Below are positions 34,478-43,015 of a stretch of 64,000 nucleotides of DNA, piece by piece. Where the stretch lies: positions 3,047 through 67,046 of the IMG/VR virus record IMGVR_UViG_2065487013_000003. One strand, written 5' to 3'. Under the pieces are notes generated by a model, which was not told where the DNA came from, searched no databases, and saw only the letters and a list, made by a program, of their open reading frames with translations. A program made the position numbers and the translations under genes. This stretch comes from a virus. Each line of letters starts with the position of its first letter. Within the stretch, counting starts at the first letter, position 1.

Positions 34478-34830
34478 AACCAACATACGAAGAGCTGGAA
34501 GCAAAATGCGCGGCGCTGGCTGCGGAGAATGTGGGGCTGAAGGAGTGGAGTCCTAATCCGCATAGCGCTTCGATGTTTGAGGCGATAGAGAAGGCCGAAA
34601 AGCTCATGGATGATGGTATGCCTGAGCTGGCGATGGTGGAGGCCTTTGAAATTCTTAAGATGCAGCATACACCGGCCACGGACGCTTTCCTGGCTGAAGT
34701 GCGGGCGCAGGGTGTGGATGCAGCTATCGAGCATCTCAATAAAATATTCGGCAGCAAAGAAGACACTGGCGAGCAGGTAAGGGCTCTTGAATGGTTGGCG
34801 CAGGCGCTTCGCAAAGGAGTGCAGTCATGA
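34474..34830 (+). CDS. Ead/Ea22-like protein
   Basis: LEAKCAALAAEN...TPATDAFLAEVRAQGV. Confidence 0.75.
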   Translation: MKPTYEELEAKCAALAAENVGLKEWSPNPHSASMFEAIEKAEKLMDDGMPELAMVEAFEILKMQHTPATDAFLAEVRAQGVDAAIEHLNKIFGSKEDTGEQVRALEWLAQALRKGVQS

Positions 34831-35054
34831 GCAACATCGACAAACAGGACAGCCAAGTGCAGCGCTATGCAAACTTCGGTGTCGACATGATGGAGTGGGC
34901 TGACGGTGGGTACGTAAAACACTCTGATTATCTGGCGCTGCTGGATGAGCTGGAAGCCAAAGACAAGCAGATTGCAGATTTGAAGGAAGCGTTCCGAATC
35001 GCTTTGTCTGCTGCTGGCATCGACGCACCCGCCGCAGCCGGGAAAGGAGAGTGA
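34827..35054 (+). CDS. Ead/Ea22-like small protein
   Basis: MSNIDKQ...LALLDELEAKDKQIA. Confidence 0.7.
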   Translation: MSNIDKQDSQVQRYANFGVDMMEWADGGYVKHSDYLALLDELEAKDKQIADLKEAFRIALSAAGIDAPAAAGKGE

Positions 35055-35248
35055 ACATGCAAGCGCAGATATCAATAGTTCGGCCTGGTGCTGCTGATGA
35101 TAAAGAAATCAGGCTAATCATTCGTCTGGCGATGGGGAAAACAATCACCGCTCTGATGACTCCAGAAAACCTTGCTCTGGCGTTAACTGGCAAATCAGAC
35201 CTGCCGGCAGCGCTTAAGTTGCGAAACGTTGAGATTGAGGTTAAGTAG
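35051..35248 (+). CDS. Hypothetical protein
   Basis: Coupled ORF with GGAG RBS. Confidence 0.55.
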   Translation: MNMQAQISIVRPGAADDKEIRLIIRLAMGKTITALMTPENLALALTGKSDLPAALKLRNVEIEVK

Positions 35249-35250
35249 CC

Positions 35251-35634
35251 ATGAGCACTATTACCAGAGAACCTGTGACGCACAACCTCAAGATTTGGCC
35301 TGAATACTTCGCAGCGGCCCGGGACGGACTTAAGCGCGCAGAACTGCGTTGGAATGACCGTGAGTATCAGGAAGGCGACATTCTCGACCTTTGTGAGTGG
35401 GATCCGAATGAAGAAGCCTTCACGGGTGATTTCATCAGCGTCACCGTTACGCACGTTGCTGATCTTGGTCAGTGGATGCCGGGTTACGTGCTGCTGAGTG
35501 TCGCCCCAGCAGCGCCGGTATCTGTGCCTGATGCGATGGATGACCAAGGAGGTGTTTGCTGCGAGGTTTCGTACGCTGATGGCTGGAACGCCTGCCGCGC
35601 CGCCATGCTGAGCCAGGAGAAAGGCAATGGATAA
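35251..35634 (+). CDS. DUF3850 / ASCH (PUA-like) domain protein
   Basis: HNLKIWPEYF...KRAELRWNDREYQEGDIL. Confidence 0.8.
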   Translation: MSTITREPVTHNLKIWPEYFAAARDGLKRAELRWNDREYQEGDILDLCEWDPNEEAFTGDFISVTVTHVADLGQWMPGYVLLSVAPAAPVSVPDAMDDQGGVCCEVSYADGWNACRAAMLSQEKGNG

Positions 35635-36055
35635 TCGCTACGAAATAGCAGAGCAGAACGGGATGAGCCGAGAGTTTGCTGACTGGTTCTTTGATAACAA
35701 AAAGCCTGGCTGTGGAAACGTCTGGTTCATGATGATGGCAGCCATGTGGGAAGGGTGGCAAGGCCGCGCCGCCATGCTTCGGGGTGCTGAAAAAACCGAG
35801 CCGCTGCACGCCGTCAAAGACGCGCCAGCACTGGATTCTTCGTCAAGAATAGCCGAGCCGCTGCACGCCGATTTTCAGGGTGCCGAACCTGTAACGACGG
35901 CTTACAAGTTGCCAGAGGGTTGGGTGGCGGTGCCGGTTGAGCCAACCAAAGAGATGATTGACGCTGGATGGTCATATTACATGACAACAAAATCACCATC
36001 ATCACTTGGCGTTTATGGCGCCATGCTCGCAGCAACACCTCAGCAGGATGTTTAA
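35627..36055 (+). CDS. Mosaic Eaa-like hypothetical protein
   Basis: EPVTTAYKLPEGWVAVPVEPTKEMIDAG module; internal repeats. Confidence 0.65.
   Translation: MDNRYEIAEQNGMSREFADWFFDNKKPGCGNVWFMMMAAMWEGWQGRAAMLRGAEKTEPLHAVKDAPALDSSSRIAEPLHADFQGAEPVTTAYKLPEGWVAVPVEPTKEMIDAGWSYYMTTKSPSSLGVYGAMLAATPQQDV
35796..35870 (+). repeat. 18-bp direct repeat
   Basis: CCGAGCCGCTGCACGCCG at 35796 and 35853 (57-bp period, in frame). Confidence 0.9.
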
Positions 36056-36145
36056 GGTTCTACTCATCTTTTACATTTTGTGCGCATATTAACCAAATAT
36101 TTGAGGGTATAATCCTGTCGTCAAATAAGAAAAGGCGACAGGATT

Positions 36146-36433
36146 ATGGTGAAGGTATTGGTTTATGGTGGCGGATATAACGGCGTTGTTCGTGAAGTTG
36201 AGTCCGCAAGTTCACCCGTAAGAATCCTCCGCGGCGACTGGGTCCGCGATCGTGATGCTCATCATGCAGGCGGAAAGGTGGAAGCGGTCAATTGCGATGA
36301 GGAGTTTTCAATTCGTGAGTTTGAATATGCTGAAGGCCAGGTTTATTTAATCGCCGAGCATGGCGTTACCATTCCAGATGAAGAAATCAGGAAGCGTATT
36401 GATGTGATGCGCAGCTTAAAGTCACTGTCATGA
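36146..36433 (+). CDS. Hypothetical 95-aa protein, first gene of a three-gene insert
   Basis: AGGA RBS; TATAAT at 36108. Confidence 0.65.
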   Translation: MVKVLVYGGGYNGVVREVESASSPVRILRGDWVRDRDAHHAGGKVEAVNCDEEFSIREFEYAEGQVYLIAEHGVTIPDEEIRKRIDVMRSLKSLS

Positions 36434-36687
36434 GTGAGTTCAATATTGCAGCCAAAAGCCAAGAGGAGCGCGACAAGGTTAACGTTGACCTTGCGGCTTC
36501 CGGAGTGGCCTACAAAGAACGCCTGAATATGCCGGTTATCGCTGAGGTGGTGATGCGTGAGCAGCCAGAGCATTTGCGGGACTACTTTCTTGAGCGTTTG
36601 AGCTATTACCGCGAGCAAAGCGTGAGCCTACCAAAACCTTCAGACCCCAGATATATTGAGATGTCGGCACAGAGCGAGAAAAAATGA
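36430..36687 (+). CDS. holE: DNA polymerase III theta subunit homologue (HolE / P1 Hot)
   Basis: [25 protein letters not shown]...[10 protein letters not shown]. Confidence 0.92.
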   Translation: MSEFNIAAKSQEERDKVNVDLAASGVAYKERLNMPVIAEVVMREQPEHLRDYFLERLSYYREQSVSLPKPSDPRYIEMSAQSEKK

Positions 36688-36974
36688 TGGAACCTACTAA
36701 TAAAATTACAAGGCAGCAATTTAATGATATTCAGCGAGCTATCCTAAATGCCGCAAACTCCTCCACAAAAGACCTGGCCAGGTCTTCCTTAGAATTGGCA
36801 AAAGCCTATCGCGCTCAAATCAGACATCTGCTCGATGACTATGTTGATGAGCAATTAAGTTCCGCATTGATCTATGCTGATGAGGCCGCAGGAAGAGTTA
36901 AAGACAAGGACCGAAAACTGGAAAATGTCGAGCATTTCCTATACAAATTCAAGTCCGGTCTTACCTTCGAATAA
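36684..36974 (+). CDS. Hypothetical 96-aa helical protein
   Basis: Coupled to holE; AT-rich. Confidence 0.6.
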   Translation: MMEPTNKITRQQFNDIQRAILNAANSSTKDLARSSLELAKAYRAQIRHLLDDYVDEQLSSALIYADEAAGRVKDKDRKLENVEHFLYKFKSGLTFE

Positions 36975-37003
36975 TTGATTTTCCATAATCAACCAGCCAT
37001 AAT
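36975..37003 (+). promoter_or_regulatory. Internal sigma70 promoter overlapped by a TTGATT-N6-AATCAA inverted repeat
   Basis: TTGATT-17-CATAAT; TTGATT ttccat AATCAA at 36975-36992. Confidence 0.7.
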
Positions 37004-37059
37004 CATGTCATCGGAGCCTGAACAACTCCGGTGACTTCTGCGCATTTAAGGGGACTTAA

Positions 37060-37155
37060 ATGCGACCACAATCTGAACTCCTCACCTTGTCACAGATGCA
37101 GAAATGCACCTGCGATTTTCTGCATTCTGCGGTTTCCGTTAGGGAGGCCGTATGA
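37060..37155 (+). CDS. YlcH-like 31-aa leader ORF
   Basis: MRPQSELLTLSQMQKCTCDFLHSAVSVREAV; ATGA-coupled to ninB; RBS and start lie inside a hairpin. Confidence 0.6.
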   Translation: MRPQSELLTLSQMQKCTCDFLHSAVSVREAV

Positions 37156-37607
37156 CTCTTCCAGTAGACGGCATCAAACTCCATCGCGGCAACTTCGCGG
37201 CCATTGGCCAGCAGATTCAGCCATTGCTGGATGCCGGGCAATGTTTCCGCCTGCAAGTCAAACCGTGGCGCGAGAAGCGCAGCCTGTCGCAGAACGCGCT
37301 CAGCCACATGTGGTACACGGAAATCAGCGAGTACCTCGTCGCCCGCGGTAAGACCTTCGCCACGCCTGAGTGGGTCAAGGACGCGATGAAGCACACCTAT
37401 CTCGGCTACGAAAGCAAGGACCGGGTAGACGTCGTGTCCGGAGAGGTAACCACGGTCCAATCCCTCCGCCATACGTCAGAGCTGGAAACCGGCGAGATGT
37501 ACATTTTCCTGTGCAAAGTCGAAGCCTGGGCGATGAATATCGGCTGCCACCTGACCATCCCGCAGAGCTGCGAATACCAGCAGTTGCGCGATAAGCAGGA
37601 GGCCTGA
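37152..37607 (+). CDS. ninB: NinB / YbcN recombination protein
   Basis: KRSLSQNALSHMWY...TSELETGEMYIFL. Confidence 0.9.
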   Translation: MTLPVDGIKLHRGNFAAIGQQIQPLLDAGQCFRLQVKPWREKRSLSQNALSHMWYTEISEYLVARGKTFATPEWVKDAMKHTYLGYESKDRVDVVSGEVTTVQSLRHTSELETGEMYIFLCKVEAWAMNIGCHLTIPQSCEYQQLRDKQEA

Positions 37608-37777
37608 TGTCTACTCCACTTTCCCGCGTCATCACAAATGAAATCTTCCGCGTTCCGGCGCGCCGCAAGCGCAAGGTCGCGGTTAAGCCGTCCGACATCC
37701 CGACCTTGAAAGGCTACACCGCCCGCCTGGTGGATCAGAAATGGCTGCGACTCGCAGCGAGGAGAAAATCAGCATGA
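37607..37777 (+). CDS. ninE: NinE-like protein
   Basis: [17 protein letters not shown]...PSDIPT; absent from the ORF track. Confidence 0.7.
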   Translation: MSTPLSRVITNEIFRVPARRKRKVAVKPSDIPTLKGYTARLVDQKWLRLAARRKSA

Positions 37778-38442
37778 GCATGTATCAACGCATTAATGGC
37801 GCTGACTGGCGCAATATCTTCGTCGTCGGCGATCTGCATGGGTGCTACACGCTGCTGATGAATGAGCTCGAAAAAGTTTCGTTCAACCCTGCGCGTGATT
37901 TGCTGATCTCGGTTGGTGACCTTGTTGACCGCGGCGCGGAAAACGTCGAATGCCTGGAGCTGATTACTATGCCGTGGTTCCGGGCTGTGCGCGGAAACCA
38001 TGAGCAGATGATGGTGGACAGCCTTTCAGAGTACGGAAACGTCAATCACTGGCTGGTAAATGGTGGCGGTTGGTTCTTCAATCTCGACTATGACAAAGAA
38101 GTGCTGGCTAAGGCTCTGGTTCACAAAGCGGCTGATCTGCCATTCGTCATCGAGTTGGCTACCGCTGAACGGAAGGTCGTTATCTGCCACGCTGACTACC
38201 CGCATAACGAATATGCGTTCGATAAGCCAGTATCAGAAGAAATGGTGATCTGGAATCGTGAGCGGGTTAGCGACGCTCAGGACGGCATTGTCTCGCCGAT
38301 AGCCGGTGCTGATCTTTTTATTTTCGGACACACCCCAGCCCGCCAGCCCCTGAAGTATGAAAACCAGATGTACATCGATACCGGCGCTGTGTTCTGCGGA
38401 AACCTAACGCTGGTGCAGGTTCAGGGTGATGACCATGCGTAA
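37774..38442 (+). CDS. ninI: Ser/Thr protein phosphatase (lambda NinI / PphA family)
   Basis: GDLHG, GDLVDRG, RGNHE, FGHTP, IDTG. Confidence 0.93.
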   Translation: MSMYQRINGADWRNIFVVGDLHGCYTLLMNELEKVSFNPARDLLISVGDLVDRGAENVECLELITMPWFRAVRGNHEQMMVDSLSEYGNVNHWLVNGGGWFFNLDYDKEVLAKALVHKAADLPFVIELATAERKVVICHADYPHNEYAFDKPVSEEMVIWNRERVSDAQDGIVSPIAGADLFIFGHTPARQPLKYENQMYIDTGAVFCGNLTLVQVQGDDHA

Positions 38443-39076
38443 ACCATCCCGCCGTAAATGCAAAGTATGCGGTGAATACTTCGAGCCGAAATTCCACGAC
38501 ATCCGGATCCGCTGGTGCAGTCCTGAGCACGGCGCAATCCTCGCAATGGAAGAGCTTGAAAAGGAGAAGGTTAAAGCCGCGGCTAAGCGCATCAAGGAGC
38601 AGAAGGAAGCTGAGAAGGCCGGGCGCAAACGTCGCAAGGAGCGGCTGGCTGAGCTTCGGCCTGCCGGTTACTACAAAGCGCAGGCTCAGCAGGCATTCAA
38701 CGCATACATCCGTGCGCGCGATGCTGATTTGCCATGCATCAGCTGCGGCGAGACCAACCCGCCTGATCTGCATGGCGGGCAATGGGACTGCGGCCATTTC
38801 AAGACTGTAGGCGCCAACCCTGAACTGCGCTTTGAAGAGCGCAACGCCCATAAGCAGTGCAAATCCTGTAATGCCGGAGCCGGAAAGTACACCGCCAAGG
38901 AGGCGACCGTAGCGCAGCAATATGAAGCTGGTCTGGTCGCTCGTTACGGCCAGGAATACGTCGACTGGCTCAATGGCCCACACGAAATGACCAACTACCG
39001 CCGTGAAGACTTCATCCGGATCCGCGATGAGTACCGCGCCAAGCTCAAAGCACTGAAACAGCAGGAGGCCGCATGA
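38435..39076 (+). CDS. ninG: NinG / Rap structure-specific endonuclease
   Basis: [30 protein letters not shown]. Confidence 0.92.
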   Translation: MRKPSRRKCKVCGEYFEPKFHDIRIRWCSPEHGAILAMEELEKEKVKAAAKRIKEQKEAEKAGRKRRKERLAELRPAGYYKAQAQQAFNAYIRARDADLPCISCGETNPPDLHGGQWDCGHFKTVGANPELRFEERNAHKQCKSCNAGAGKYTAKEATVAQQYEAGLVARYGQEYVDWLNGPHEMTNYRREDFIRIRDEYRAKLKALKQQEAA

Positions 39077-39213
39077 AGCCAGAAACGATCGAGATACTCC
39101 GAGCGCGCTGGCAGCGCCTCCGGATTTACCGCCGCCCGGGCTCCGTGCTGGTGGATTACCGCATTCTCCGTAACTTCGTTCGCATCTATTACCCTGCAGG
39201 AGCCGCACAATGA
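39073..39213 (+). CDS. ylcG: YlcG-like small protein
   Basis: IEILRARWQRLRIYRRPGSVLVDYRILRNFVRIY. Confidence 0.75.
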   Translation: MKPETIEILRARWQRLRIYRRPGSVLVDYRILRNFVRIYYPAGAAQ

Positions 39214-39899
39214 ACAGTCAGCAACTGGAATACGTACGTCAGCAGCTCATTGTGGCGACCGCAGATCTGAGCGGGGCGACCAAAGGGCAACTGGTAGCTT
39301 TCGCCGAGAACGCGCAGTTCACCGCGACGGCGCGCAGCCGGGGCCGGAAGAAAATCACCGATCCGGTCACCGGCCGCAAAGTTAACCCGGACGGCCCGGC
39401 GATGAGCGGCAGCCAGTCCCGCGCCAAGGGATCGTCAATCGCGCTGGTGGGGCCGGTTGAGTTCGTGACAGCATCTTGGCGCCGCGCGGTGCTGTCGCTG
39501 GAAGACCATCAGAAAGCGTGGCTGCTGTGGAACTACAGCGAGAATATCCGCTTCGAGCACCAGGTGGCGATTACCCAGTGGGCATGGGCAGAGTTCCAGG
39601 GGCAACTCGGCGCGAAGAAGGTGGCCGGCAAGACGATGGAGCGGCTGAAGAAACTTATCTGGCTGGCGGCGCAGGACGTCAAAGCGGAACTGGCGGGGCG
39701 TGAGACGTACGAATATCAGGAGCTGGCGGAGTTGGCTGGCGTGGCGAAATCCACCTGGACAGAAACGTATCTGCCTCACTGGCTGGCGATGCGTAACAGC
39801 TTTAAGCGACTCGATAGCGGTGCGCTTATCTCAGTAACGCGATCACGTTCACAACAAAAGGCGACAAATTTAGACGTAAGTCTTGCAAAACCGAACTGA
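39210..39899 (+). CDS. Q: Late antiterminator Q (phage 82 / QuuD type)
   Basis: QLEYVRQQL...DLSGATKGQL...WTETYLPHW; upstream of pR' and lysis genes. Confidence 0.9.
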   Translation: MNSQQLEYVRQQLIVATADLSGATKGQLVAFAENAQFTATARSRGRKKITDPVTGRKVNPDGPAMSGSQSRAKGSSIALVGPVEFVTASWRRAVLSLEDHQKAWLLWNYSENIRFEHQVAITQWAWAEFQGQLGAKKVAGKTMERLKKLIWLAAQDVKAELAGRETYEYQELAELAGVAKSTWTETYLPHWLAMRNSFKRLDSGALISVTRSRSQQKATNLDVSLAKPN

Positions 39900-39911
39900 A
39901 ACGCATATATT
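39883..39911 (+). promoter_or_regulatory. Late promoter pR'
   Basis: TTGCAA-17-TATATT at the end of Q. Confidence 0.7.
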
Positions 39912-39964
39912 TCATGTAAATCTGATATCATCGCCATAGCTTTGATTGTCGACACAAAGAATTC

Positions 39965-39997
39965 AAGCCCGAGGTTAACGCCTTGGGCTTTTTTATT
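39965..39997 (+). terminator. tR' terminator
   Basis: AAGCCCGAGG-TTAACG-CCTTGGGCTT followed by a T run. Confidence 0.85.
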
Positions 39998-40072
39998 TGC
40001 GGTACGCCGCACTCAGAACCCACTACCTGGGACCCTTCGGCCAGAGAGCCGACATTGCATTACCCTCATCTT

Positions 40073-40095
40073 CCTGGCTTGTCGCCAGGTTTTTT
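40073..40095 (+). terminator. Second late-leader terminator
   Basis: CCTGGC-TTGTC-GCCAGG followed by T6. Confidence 0.75.
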
Positions 40096-40197
40096 ATTCA
40101 GGCCGCAGACAATCAATTCAAGATGCCCCGTAGCTATCGTGTCTGACGGCCTTTCCCACTACACGAACAGCACCCGCAAACAACGCGAGGTGAGAGC

Positions 40198-40422
40198 ATG
40201 TATCGCATGGAAAAAATAACCACTGGTGCTGCCTATGGCGCTTCAGCCGGGAGCATCCTAAACGGCATGCTGAATGCCTACAGCCCCGAGCAGTGGAACG
40301 CTATCGGCGTGCTGGTGGGTATCATCATTGCCGTACTGACGTATCTGACAAATCTCTATTTCAAGATCCGCGAAGACAACCGCCGCAGCAGGAGCCGAGA
40401 TGAACCCGACACTCAGGAATAA
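40198..40422 (+). CDS. S: Pinholin (phage 21 S type) with dual start M-Y-R-M
   Basis: [15 protein letters not shown]...[12 protein letters not shown]...LTNLYFK. Confidence 0.92.
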   Translation: MYRMEKITTGAAYGASAGSILNGMLNAYSPEQWNAIGVLVGIIIAVLTYLTNLYFKIREDNRRSRSRDEPDTQE

Positions 40423-40894
40423 GCTGGTGGGTGCCATTGTTGGCGGATCCGGAGCCATCACCATTGCTGCAGTAATGCTGGGCAATGCGGATGGGCTGGA
40501 AGGGCGGCGCTATTACGCTTACCAGGATGTGGTCGGCGTCTGGACTGTTTGCGATGGACACACAGGTGCTGATATTCGCCGGGGTCACCGCTACACCGAC
40601 AAAGAGTGCGACAACCTGCTGAAGGCAGATCTGCGAAAAGTGGCAAACGCCATCGACCCGCTGATCAAAGTTCGCATCCCTGAGCCAACCCGCGCCGCGC
40701 TTTACTCCTTCACCTATAACGTTGGCTCTGGTGCTTTCGCCAGTTCCACGCTGCTGAAGAAGTTGAACGCCGGTGATGTACCGGGTGCATGCAAAGAACT
40801 GCAGCGCTGGACATATGCCGGTGGCAAGCAGTGGAAGGGGCTTATCACCAGGCGCGAGATTGAGCGTGAAGTCTGCGAGTGGGGCCAGAAATGA
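40400..40894 (+). CDS. R: SAR endolysin (GH24 lysozyme)
   Basis: N-terminal SAR helix; E-x8-D-x5-T catalytic triad ([16 protein letters not shown]). Confidence 0.95.
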   Translation: MNPTLRNKLVGAIVGGSGAITIAAVMLGNADGLEGRRYYAYQDVVGVWTVCDGHTGADIRRGHRYTDKECDNLLKADLRKVANAIDPLIKVRIPEPTRAALYSFTYNVGSGAFASSTLLKKLNAGDVPGACKELQRWTYAGGKQWKGLITRREIEREVCEWGQK

Positions 40895-41355
40895 GCCGAT
40901 TAACCGCAATCATCTGTGCTGTCGTTATCTGCCTGCTGGTTTCGATGGCCTGGGCGATTAACCATTACCGCGCCAACGCCATCAACTATAAAGACCAGCG
41001 CGATAAAGCCACTGAGAAACTCAGCCTGGCTAACGCTACCATTAAAGACATGCAGGCGCGCCAGCGTGATGTCGCTGAGCTGGATGCCAAATACACGAAG
41101 GAATTGTCCGATGCGAAAAACACCATTAACGATCTGCGTCGGGATGTCGATTCTGGCGCTAAACGGCTGCGCATCGCCGCAACCTGCCCTGGAGTGCCAA
41201 AAGCCACCTCCGCCACCGGCGTGGTTGATGCAGGAGCCCCCGAACTTACTTCAGACGCTCGACGAAATTATTTCGATCACCGGGACGGAATCGCAACCGC
41301 TGACAAGATGATTCGCGGCATGCAGGACTACATCAAAGAGCAGTGTCTTAAGTGA
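40891..41355 (+). CDS. Rz: Inner-membrane spanin Rz
   Basis: N-terminal TM plus coiled coil; [14 protein letters not shown]. Confidence 0.92.
   Translation: MSRLTAIICAVVICLLVSMAWAINHYRANAINYKDQRDKATEKLSLANATIKDMQARQRDVAELDAKYTKELSDAKNTINDLRRDVDSGAKRLRIAATCPGVPKATSATGVVDAGAPELTSDARRNYFDHRDGIATADKMIRGMQDYIKEQCLK
41111..41311 (+). CDS. Rz1: Outer-membrane spanin Rz1 (nested lipoprotein)
   Basis: Lipobox LNGC, poly-Pro, nested in the +1 frame of Rz. Confidence 0.9.
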   Translation: MRKTPLTICVGMSILALNGCASPQPALECQKPPPPPAWLMQEPPNLLQTLDEIISITGTESQPLTR

Positions 41356-41550
41356 TTCGTCACCCAAATAACAGAGCCTGACTTCGGTCGGGCTTTTTTA
41401 TGCCCGAATTTCACCGCGCACCGCAGCGCATTCAACCTACGTCGAACCACCCTTTGAAATGAGCCTTTGAGGAAGTCAGTTAGTGCTGGCGAGCCTCGAC
41501 GGGCTGATTTCCTATGCGGCAAAGGTTCATCTCAAAGAAAGGTACACGCT

Positions 41551-42075
41551 ATGAATAATCCGTCAGTTATTCCGGCCTTCGACTTCCGCGAAATGGTGCA
41601 AGCCAAAAACGGAGAGGTCGTTACCACATCCAGAAAAGTTGCCACTTACTTCGGCAAGCGTCACGGCGATGTGCTCAGGAAAATCGAGCAGGTTAAGGCT
41701 GATTGCTCGATTGAATTTAGCCAACGCAATTTTGCGTCGGCTGATTATATCGATGAGCAAGGTAAGGTTCGCCCGATGTATAGCCTGACGAAAGATGGCT
41801 GGATCATGGTTGTGATGGGGTTCACCGGGAAAGCTGCTGCGGCGATCAAAGAAAGCTACATCTCTGCGTTCAACTGGATGTCTGAGCAGCTTAGCCGTCG
41901 TCTTGCTATGGGTGAAGAAATGCAGCACCGCTACGCCATCAAAGAAACGCGCTCAAAGCTCAAAGGCACAATCGGCAGCCGGTTGATGAATGAGCGGAAG
42001 AAAGAGAAGCGCGTTTTGGAGCTCGAGCATGAGCACATCATGCAGGTAACGCAGCCCGAGTTACTTATTGGCTGA
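41551..42075 (+). CDS. rha: Rha family regulatory protein
   Basis: VTTSRKVATYFGKRHGDVLRKI...YSLTKDGWIMVVMGFTG. Confidence 0.9.
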   Translation: MNNPSVIPAFDFREMVQAKNGEVVTTSRKVATYFGKRHGDVLRKIEQVKADCSIEFSQRNFASADYIDEQGKVRPMYSLTKDGWIMVVMGFTGKAAAAIKESYISAFNWMSEQLSRRLAMGEEMQHRYAIKETRSKLKGTIGSRLMNERKKEKRVLELEHEHIMQVTQPELLIG

Positions 42076-42191
42076 AAGCGGCATTACAGGAGCCCTTCAC
42101 TGAGGGGCTTCGATAATGTATTGCTACCGTTGAATTTTCGTTCTTGATCCCCATCTCCTAATTACCATAGATAGTCTATGGGTAATGGAGA

Positions 42192-42425
42192 ATGAGAATG
42201 CTAGAAAATTATTTTGATGGGACAAGTAAGACCGAGGTTGAAGCACAAAAGAAGTTTCAGCGTTTAGCTGCGGTTCAGGCTGCGCTTGAGATTGCTAAAC
42301 ACGCAGTTGGCCCAACTGGCGCTGCGGCACACTCTCGCGTGGATCAAGATCTGGAGTCAGTGACCGAAAAAATAGAAGCACTTGCTGACGCAATACAAAC
42401 CGCGCTAACCAAGAATATAGATTGA
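42192..42425 (+). CDS. Moron: 77-aa helical hypothetical protein
   Basis: GGAG RBS; AT-rich upstream region; terminator at 42432-42453. Confidence 0.65.
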   Translation: MRMLENYFDGTSKTEVEAQKKFQRLAAVQAALEIAKHAVGPTGAAAHSRVDQDLESVTEKIEALADAIQTALTKNID

Positions 42426-42519
42426 GTAATAACCGCCTCCGGGCGGTTTTTTGTTGCCATCACCCTGGGTATTCCCAGCGTAATGGCAATATCCCCACAA
42501 GCGGATAAAGAGGCTCTCA

Positions 42520-42737
42520 ATGTCCGACATCTACCAAATCACGCTAACCACTCAAACAGGCGAAACCTTCACGGGCAAGATGTCACGACGTCAGCCAGAG
42601 CTGGTTAACGGCTTTGTGCCGCTGGCGACCGAGACGGGCAGTGGTTGTATTTCGCTCCTGCTGATGTAAAGCGCGTGCAGTTCACGCCAGTACCGGAAGA
42701 GCAGACCGAACAGCCGGAAGAACAAACAACGGAGTAA
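42520..42737 (+). pseudogene. Small conserved gene before terS with a 1-bp deletion (or sequencing error)
   Basis: MSDIYQITLTTQTGETFTG...LATETG then shifts to WLYFAPADVKRVQF; 218 nt, one short of a multiple of 3. Confidence 0.6.
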
Positions 42738-42740
42738 CGA

Positions 42741-42770
42741 ATGAGCAAACCGGACTGGGAGGCCATCGAA
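42741..42770 (+). pseudogene. N-terminal stub of a different terminase small subunit
   Basis: MSKPDWEAIE start, then abruptly interrupted by a hairpin and AT-rich DNA. Confidence 0.55.
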
Positions 42771-42798
42771 CCCGAAGCGAATTCGATGGCGAGAAAGG

Positions 42799-42987
42799 TT
42801 AGTTCAAATCGGCAACGTAATTGGTAGCTTCAAGGTTGGTGATTCTAAATTCTGAAGCCAGAATGCGAGCTAGTTCTTCTTTTGAACTGGAAGTACGGTT
42901 TTGATTAGACCAAGAAATTAGGTAAAAACCATTACTTTTCGCAAGCAAGATTTTTATTGCATTAATGGTTATGTAGTAACTGTCCAA
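42799..42987 (-). CDS. Small AT-rich antisense ORF (62 aa, TTG start)
   Basis: GAGGTG RBS 6 nt before TTG; fills the AT-rich insert. Confidence 0.4.
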   Translation of the reverse strand: MDSYYITINAIKILLAKSNGFYLISWSNQNRTSSSKEELARILASEFRITNLEATNYVADLN

Positions 42988-43015
42988 AAACTTCACCTCA
43001 GTGTTGGTAAAAAAT

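Noticed and set aside
24162-39076. Many early proteins ending in EAA/EAV/EGA
   Set aside because: By-product of GGAGG-N-ATGA translational coupling, not a shared protein motif.
39900-40197. tRNA cluster often found after Q
   Set aside because: No cloverleaf or TTCGA T-loop pattern found.
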